From Macrostomum lignano (taxonomy: Eukaryota), in assembly GCA_002269645.1 (NCBI GenBank), contig NIVC01000615.1, positions 124,001 through 188,000 of the forward strand: 64,000 nt of DNA. The letters run 5' to 3'. Below the pieces are notes generated by a model. That model did no database searches, was not told the origin of the DNA, and saw nothing but the letters and a program-made list of their open reading frames with translations. Numbering within the stretch: the stretch's first letter is position 1; each line of letters starts with the position of its first letter. A program made the translations under genes and the position numbers. Positions 59,011-64,000 of the stretch are shown here, piece by piece.

Positions 59011-59360
59011 TGTTGTACTCGCGACTCCCAGGACGGGGTAACACCGCCGCGAGCGATGTTAAATAGCACACGCCCGCGGAGGGGGGGAGGGCCACGTGCT
59101 CTCAACACCACCACCCCACCAACCCCCCAGCCAACCCCTCCCCCCCCGGGGGACGGCCACCCAGCCCGCCGCCGGCTCAGCCAATCACTACGCGACTGGC
59201 TGGCCGCGGCCAATCGCCACGCAGGACGAGCAAAACCTGCCAAGGCTAAAGCCTCTGACGCACAAAAAAGGGGGGAAAACAAACTGCCAACACTTAATTG
59301 AGGGCTGACTCAGCCCGCCGGGCTAGGTGCATTGGCACCGCAAAAGTGCACAACACAACA
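59011..59360 (-). repeat. 3' LTR, 350 bp
   Basis: Begins TGTTGT immediately after the PPT (minus strand, 59360) and ends ACAACA (59011): 6-bp terminal inverted repeat. Contains two ATTGG (CCAAT) boxes, GC-rich tracts, CACGTG and TATTTAA. Confidence 0.85.
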
Positions 59361-59371
59361 CCCCGCCCTCC
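59361..59371 (-). promoter_or_regulatory. Polypurine tract (plus-strand primer) GGAGGGCGGGG
   Basis: Preceded by a T-tract and directly followed by the TG of the LTR. Confidence 0.8.
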
Positions 59372-59841
59372 AAAAAAAAGAAACCCAACGATTCGCAAAT
59401 TAACGCGTAGTACCGTAATCACCCACCACCACAAAAGATAATGCTAAAGAAAAAAAAACATGACACTAGGCATGGCCCCAAAAATCAAGTGATGAGACGA
59501 TGAATTACAAATAGATAGCTATAGAACGATAACTATAGAACAAATAGAACGGTCACTTCAGGCAGGGTCCAATCGCCTCCCTTGGTGGTGTCCGAGCACA
59601 ACTTCGTCCGCAACGGTGGCCCTGTCCCCGGGCCCGGGTGCAGCGTGGGCGTCCGCCCTGGCCTCGGGTCCGTCCTCGCTCCGCTCCGGAACCGGCCACC
59701 GCCTTGTCCCTATCACCTCGGTTGCCCCCCTACCCAACGACCCGAAACAGCACCCCTTTCCGAGAACGCGAGCCAACACAACTGACAACCCTCAAGGGCA
59801 CCTGCCTGCCACCCCGCCAGCACACCCACACTCGCACCCCA

Positions 59842-60825
59842 CTAGCACTCGCACGCCACCACACGAGCACACCAGCGCAGCAGCGCCTGGACCTGACCCG
59901 CACCTAGCAGTTCGAACCGAGGGATCACCACCTTCCGCATCACTCGCGCTGCTCGCTTTAAACATTTGCGTTTCCAACCGCTCCGACGACCGCGTCCCTT
60001 GGACCACGTCACTGAAATGTCCCGGCGCAGAAATTTAAGCACTTGAAGTGTCACCGCCGTCAGATAACGACTCGGCTCTTCTCGCCGCACCCTAAACAGG
60101 TCAGCCAGCTCCTCAAACACGTTCACGATCTCTTCCTCCTCGCCCTTCAGCAGTGCCGTTCTCAGACTCCGGCGCAGCTCCACAAATCTCGTTGTGCTCG
60201 GTAACGGTAGCTCCTCCATCTCGACTGTCGTCGCCCCTACCGGTACCAGCTTCCAACCCTCGACATCCGTCAGGTCCTCCCCGTCTGTTTCCATCTCTCC
60301 GATCTGGTCTGTTTCGTCGTCACTGATAATGATGCAATAGCCGCTGTCTGGCGCATAGCTTCGCTCGAATGACTGACGAAAACCCTGCTCCTCTGCCTCC
60401 CAGTCGGGCGGCCGACTTCCGTCGCTGACGGCAGACTCACTGTCGGTTACCACGGGTTCGTCGTCTCCAACGCAGGCGTCTGCATCCGACTGCTCGTCCT
60501 CGCTCGGCATGTCCTCATCTTCCAGCCTGATTGCTTCCAGGATGTCCTCTGGCACGGGAATGCCTGGCGGGGGCTGAACCTGTCTAGCCAACTCCACCGC
60601 ACCACTGAAAGACACGGACTCCTCACCGAACAGGTCGTACAGCCACCGCCGAAATGGGCAACCGAGAATTTCATACGCGACGTTGAGGGCTTTGCATTTC
60701 TCTTCTGCGAATGCTCGGTCCGGGTGCTTGTCCGGGTGATACTTCAGGGCTAGCCGCCGATAGGCTCTCTTGACTGCAGTTGCCTCCACCCACTGGTCGA
60801 TCTCCAGTTCGTCGTACAAGGACAT
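59842..60825 (-). CDS. Retrotransposon accessory ORF: J-domain (DnaJ/Hsp40) protein, 327 aa
   Basis: LYDELEI...VKRAYRRLALKYHPDKHP....EEKCKALNVAYEILG.PFRRWLYDLFG is a full J-domain with HPD. The ORF is uninterrupted, on the same strand as pol, between the integrase stop (60946) and the PPT (59371). Confidence 0.9.
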   Translation of the reverse strand: MSLYDELEIDQWVEATAVKRAYRRLALKYHPDKHPDRAFAEEKCKALNVAYEILGCPFRRWLYDLFGEESVSFSGAVELARQVQPPPGIPVPEDILEAIRLEDEDMPSEDEQSDADACVGDDEPVVTDSESAVSDGSRPPDWEAEEQGFRQSFERSYAPDSGYCIIISDDETDQIGEMETDGEDLTDVEGWKLVPVGATTVEMEELPLPSTTRFVELRRSLRTALLKGEEEEIVNVFEELADLFRVRREEPSRYLTAVTLQVLKFLRRDISVTWSKGRGRRSGWKRKCLKRAARVMRKVVIPRFELLGAGQVQALLRWCARVVACEC

Positions 60826-60945
60826 CTACGGAGTGCCGTTTCTAGCCGTTAAACTCTCATTTCTCCGCTACTAAACCTGGTCCGTGTGCCTGCCGACTCA
60901 TCCACCCGCTCCAACCACCTAACCCGCCGACAATCCCCAACCCGC

Positions 60946-62415
60946 TCAGAACCTTAGCCGATCTGGCGGTCGCCTGAGCCGAGTCGGATATCTCCTGGTG
61001 GTGAAGGTCTCCGCTGCGGGCGCTTCTGGTCCTTCCCATTCTTCTGGTGGATCTAGTCCTTCCCATTCTTCCGGCAGGCCACTTTGCGGCGACTCCGAGC
61101 TTCTCACGTTGCCATCGACCTCGTTCTCCAGCCCTGGCTCGACCTCCGCTGGTGGTGGTCGACCACGTCGGCCTACCTGCTCAGCTTCTTCCTCTTCATC
61201 TTCTTGGCTCTGCGCGTCCTCTGTCACCGCACCTCCTTCCTCCTGTCTCGCTTCGTTCGTCGCTGACTTCGACTTCTTGAAAGGCGACAGGTTGTTGAAA
61301 TGTACTCTTTTGGTCTTCCTTGGATTAGCCGGATTCTGAACTTCGTACACGGTCTCAGAAATCTTCCGCACCACTTCCACTGGTCCCTTCCAATCAACCC
61401 GGAACTTGTTCGGCACCTCCCCAGGCTTGGCTGGCACGAAAACAAAAACTCGGTCCCCTGGTTGGTGCGCGGATCCCCGTACTTTCCTGTCGTAATAGTC
61501 CTTCTGCAACTTCTGGTATGTGCCGGTCGCTTGTCGCACTGCTTCATGTGCCTGATGGAGGTGCTTTCTCAAGCCGGCCACGTACGTTGACTCGTCCAGC
61601 GGCTCTTGTGGTGTTTTGTAAGCTACATCCAGTGGTAATCGCATCTCTTGGCCGTGCAGGAGGAAGTACGGTGTGTAGCCAGTGCCGCGATGCACACTTG
61701 AACGGTACGCCATCAAGGCTGAGTCGATTAGTTCATCCCATTTGTGTGACTCTGCTCCCTCAGCGATGTAGCTCCGCAGTACTGACTTCAACGTCTGATT
61801 GAACTTCTCCACCTGCCCATTTCCACTTGGGTGGTAGGCCGTGGTTCTGGTTTTCTGGATTTTCAGCAGCGTGCACAGCTCTTGCATTACTCGAGACTCG
61901 AAGTTCCGCCCTTGGTCACTGTGAATCGAACTCGGGCAACCGTAGATACTAATCCAGTGCCCAAATATGGCGCGCGCCACTGTTGATGCTCGTTGGTTAC
62001 GGATCGGGATCGCTGCCGGCCATTTAGTGAACGCATCCTGCAGCGTTAAGATGTACTGATGACCTCTGGCACTCCTTGGCAACGGCCCGACAATGTCCAC
62101 CATCACTCTCTCAAAAGGTTCGCCCGTTCGAATCGGCTCCAGTGGAGCTCTAGCCTTCTTCGCCAACTTCGAGCGGCCGCAGACTTCGCAGCTCCTTACG
62201 CACTCAGCGATCTCGCGGCTGATCCCGGGTCTCCAGAACCGTGCAAGGACCTTTCGCTTTGTCTTCTGCAGGCCGAAATGGCCGCCCGCCACGCCGCTAT
62301 GACAGTCTATCACAATCCTCTGCAGCAGACACTGTGGTAGCACAATCTGGTCCGTGCCTTTCCACCTCCGCACCAATATCCCGCCGTCCACCTTGAGCAG
62401 CTCGCACTGCGCCAT
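60946..62415 (-). CDS. pol: pol: integrase (HHCC zinc finger, DDE core, GPY/F-like C-terminus)
   Basis: H..GVAGGHFG...C.VC; MVDIVGP, HSDQGRNF, NGQVEKFN; WKGPVEV; terminal RRYPTRLRRPPDRL. Confidence 0.95.
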   Translation of the reverse strand: MAQCELLKVDGGILVRRWKGTDQIVLPQCLLQRIVIDCHSGVAGGHFGLQKTKRKVLARFWRPGISREIAECVRSCEVCGRSKLAKKARAPLEPIRTGEPFERVMVDIVGPLPRSARGHQYILTLQDAFTKWPAAIPIRNQRASTVARAIFGHWISIYGCPSSIHSDQGRNFESRVMQELCTLLKIQKTRTTAYHPSGNGQVEKFNQTLKSVLRSYIAEGAESHKWDELIDSALMAYRSSVHRGTGYTPYFLLHGQEMRLPLDVAYKTPQEPLDESTYVAGLRKHLHQAHEAVRQATGTYQKLQKDYYDRKVRGSAHQPGDRVFVFVPAKPGEVPNKFRVDWKGPVEVVRKISETVYEVQNPANPRKTKRVHFNNLSPFKKSKSATNEARQEEGGAVTEDAQSQEDEEEEAEQVGRRGRPPPAEVEPGLENEVDGNVRSSESPQSGLPEEWEGLDPPEEWEGPEAPAAETFTTRRYPTRLRRPPDRLRF

Positions 62416-63079
62416 GAGCGCTTTGCCCCCTGGTCAATCTCAGCTTTTCGCTCACGCTCTCATTTCCGCTGACCAGCTCCTTCATCCATCGAATCTGGTC
62501 TTCCTCGTCCTGAGCTTTTACCAGTTCATGTCGCTCGTCAGCCACGTTCAGCGCACTCACACCATTTGAGATCACTGGTGCAACATCTGAGCAGGACGGA
62601 CATTCCAAGAAGCCTGCATGTCGCCGGGCCCGCTGCGATGCACCACGTAGTAATCGAATTCTGCCAGCTTCTCCAGCCACCTAGCACACTGACCTTCCGG
62701 ATCCTTCAGATTGTGAATCCACTTCAAGTTGTTGTGATCAGTTCGCAAGCAGAATCTTCTTCCCGCCAGGTAGTACCGATACTTGACCATGAACGTCACC
62801 ACCGCCAGCAGTTCTACTCTCGTCGTGCAATAGTTCCGCTCTGCCGATGACAACGATCTTGAGCCATACGCAATAACCTTCTCACTACCGTCCACTTGCT
62901 TCTGAGACAACACGGCGCCAACGCCAATAGATGAGCTCGCATCCGTGTCGAGAATGAACTCGCCAGCCTCGGGTCCAAAATCCGGAAACGCCATCACGTC
63001 TGTACTCGTCAGCCGCGCTTTCAAGTCCCGAACGATCGCTCTTCGTCCGGTCCCCACTCAAACTCGACACCTTTGCGAG
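62416..63079 (-). pseudogene. pol: pol: RT connection/RNase H/linker, interrupted by apparent frameshifts
   Basis: FILDTDASS.GVGAVLSQ, VIAYGSR.L...ERNYCTT..ELLAVV, FCLRTDH..LKW, ARWLEKLAEFDY. Frame changes near 63148, 63028, 62628 and 62440. Confidence 0.88.
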
Positions 63080-64000
63080 TCAACCTGAGCAGCGGCTCGG
63101 CAACACTCGAGAAGTTTTTAATAAAACGGCGGTAATAGCTGCACAATCCATGAACGATTGCACGTCTCTGGTGTTCTTCGGTTGGGGCCAGTTTCTGATC
63201 ACTTCGACCTTCTCACTCTCCGTCTCCACTCCCGCCTCCGACACTTGATGGCCCAGGAACGTTACCTTCTTCATCAGAAAATGACACTTCTCCGGCTTCA
63301 ACTTAACTCCAGCCTTCCGCAGCCGTATGAACACCTCTTCTAACCTTTCCAGATGCTCGTCAACCGTCTTGGACCACACCAGGATATCGTCCAGGTAGAT
63401 TAAGCACGTCTTCCAGGCCACGTCGCGCATTGCCAGAGCCATCAGTCGCGTGAAAGTTGCAGGGCTATTGACGAGTCCGAACGGCATCACTTTCCACACG
63501 TACTGACCCTTCAGAGGCACCGAGAAGGCCGTCTTGAGTTGATCCTCCGGTCTTACTTTCACCTGCCAGTAGCCGCTGTGGAGGTCCATCGAGCTGAACA
63601 CTCTTGCTCCCGCCAGTTCGTCCAATGCATCGTCCATCCTCGGCAACGGAATAGCATCTCTCGTCGTTACTTTATTCAAACCACGGTAGTCTACACACAT
63701 CCGTAAACTGCCATCCTTCTTGCGTACACAAACGATTGGCGCGTTCCAAGGAGACTGTGCTGACTCAATGCGTCCTTGCTCCTCAAGTTCATCCACGAGA
63801 GCATGCACTTCTTGCCTAAGGTGCGGGGGCAGTCTCCGCGGCGGGATGTTGACCGGCTTGGCCTCTCCAGTGTCGATCTGGTGCTCCACCAAGGGTGTCA
63901 CACCCAACTGTGCTGAGTCCGTCGCGAAAAGATCACCGTACGCGTCGACTAAGTTCTTAAACCGCTGGTGCTGCCTCTCAGTCGCCATTCCGTCGCCCCA
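63080..64000 (-). CDS. pol: pol: reverse transcriptase (frame open to the window edge)
   Basis: LRMCVDYRGLN, LPRMDD, DLHSGYWQV, KTAF, MPFGLVNSPATF, YLDDILV, KPEKC, FLGHQV. Confidence 0.97.
   Translation of the reverse strand, partial: WGDGMATERQHQRFKNLVDAYGDLFATDSAQLGVTPLVEHQIDTGEAKPVNIPPRRLPPHLRQEVHALVDELEEQGRIESAQSPWNAPIVCVRKKDGSLRMCVDYRGLNKVTTRDAIPLPRMDDALDELAGARVFSSMDLHSGYWQVKVRPEDQLKTAFSVPLKGQYVWKVMPFGLVNSPATFTRLMALAMRDVAWKTCLIYLDDILVWSKTVDEHLERLEEVFIRLRKAGVKLKPEKCHFLMKKVTFLGHQVSEAGVETESEKVEVIRNWPQPKNTRDVQSFMDCAAITAVLLKTSRVLPSRCSG

Larger units (their letters stand above)
59011..64000 (-). mobile_element. Ty3/Gypsy LTR retrotransposon (3' part; gag, protease and 5' LTR lie beyond the window)
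   Basis: Domain order RT-RNaseH-integrase (Gypsy order), then an extra ORF, polypurine tract and LTR with TG...CA ends. Confidence 0.95.

Noticed and set aside
59558-59788. 76-aa ORF downstream of the J-domain ORF
   Set aside because: Non-ATG start, GC-rich 3' UTR-like sequence, no motif; a frameshifted extension of the J-protein cannot be supported without other copies.
59842-59856. C-terminal CEC as a prenylation signal
   Set aside because: Not a CaaX box; CXC prenylation requires Rab/REP context.

Overview
Eukaryotic (metazoan) genomic DNA with spliceosomal introns and extreme simple-repeat content: about 35 distinct micro/minisatellite arrays, many filling individual introns. The repeat landscape and gene set are compatible with a free-living flatworm such as Macrostomum (inference, not verified). 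Genes reconstructed by hand from splice sites and reading-frame phase: (1) a two-exon, 2-TM membrane protein on the minus strand whose intron is almost pure (TCAG)n; (2) three tandem intronless DEG/ENaC channel paralogs; (3) one caveolin locus with three alternative N-terminal exons spliced to a shared core; (4) a five-exon PP2C-like (CG9801-type) gene; (5) a partial class A GPCR whose ~11 kb intron hosts (6) an antisense nested WH1/EVH1 (WASP-like) gene with a second (TCAG)n intron. Mobile elements are a hAT-like MITE with an 8-bp TSD and the 3' part of a Ty3/Gypsy LTR retrotransposon (RT, RNase H, integrase, PPT, 350-bp LTR). The best candidate for a new system is an extra ORF in the env position of that retrotransposon. 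It encodes an intact Hsp40 J-domain (HPD), a SUMO-interacting-like motif and a helical C-terminal domain that by eye resembles the TFIIS-N/LEDGF integrase-binding fold. No rRNA, tRNA or CRISPR features are supported. All family assignments are from motif recognition by eye; no database searches were run.
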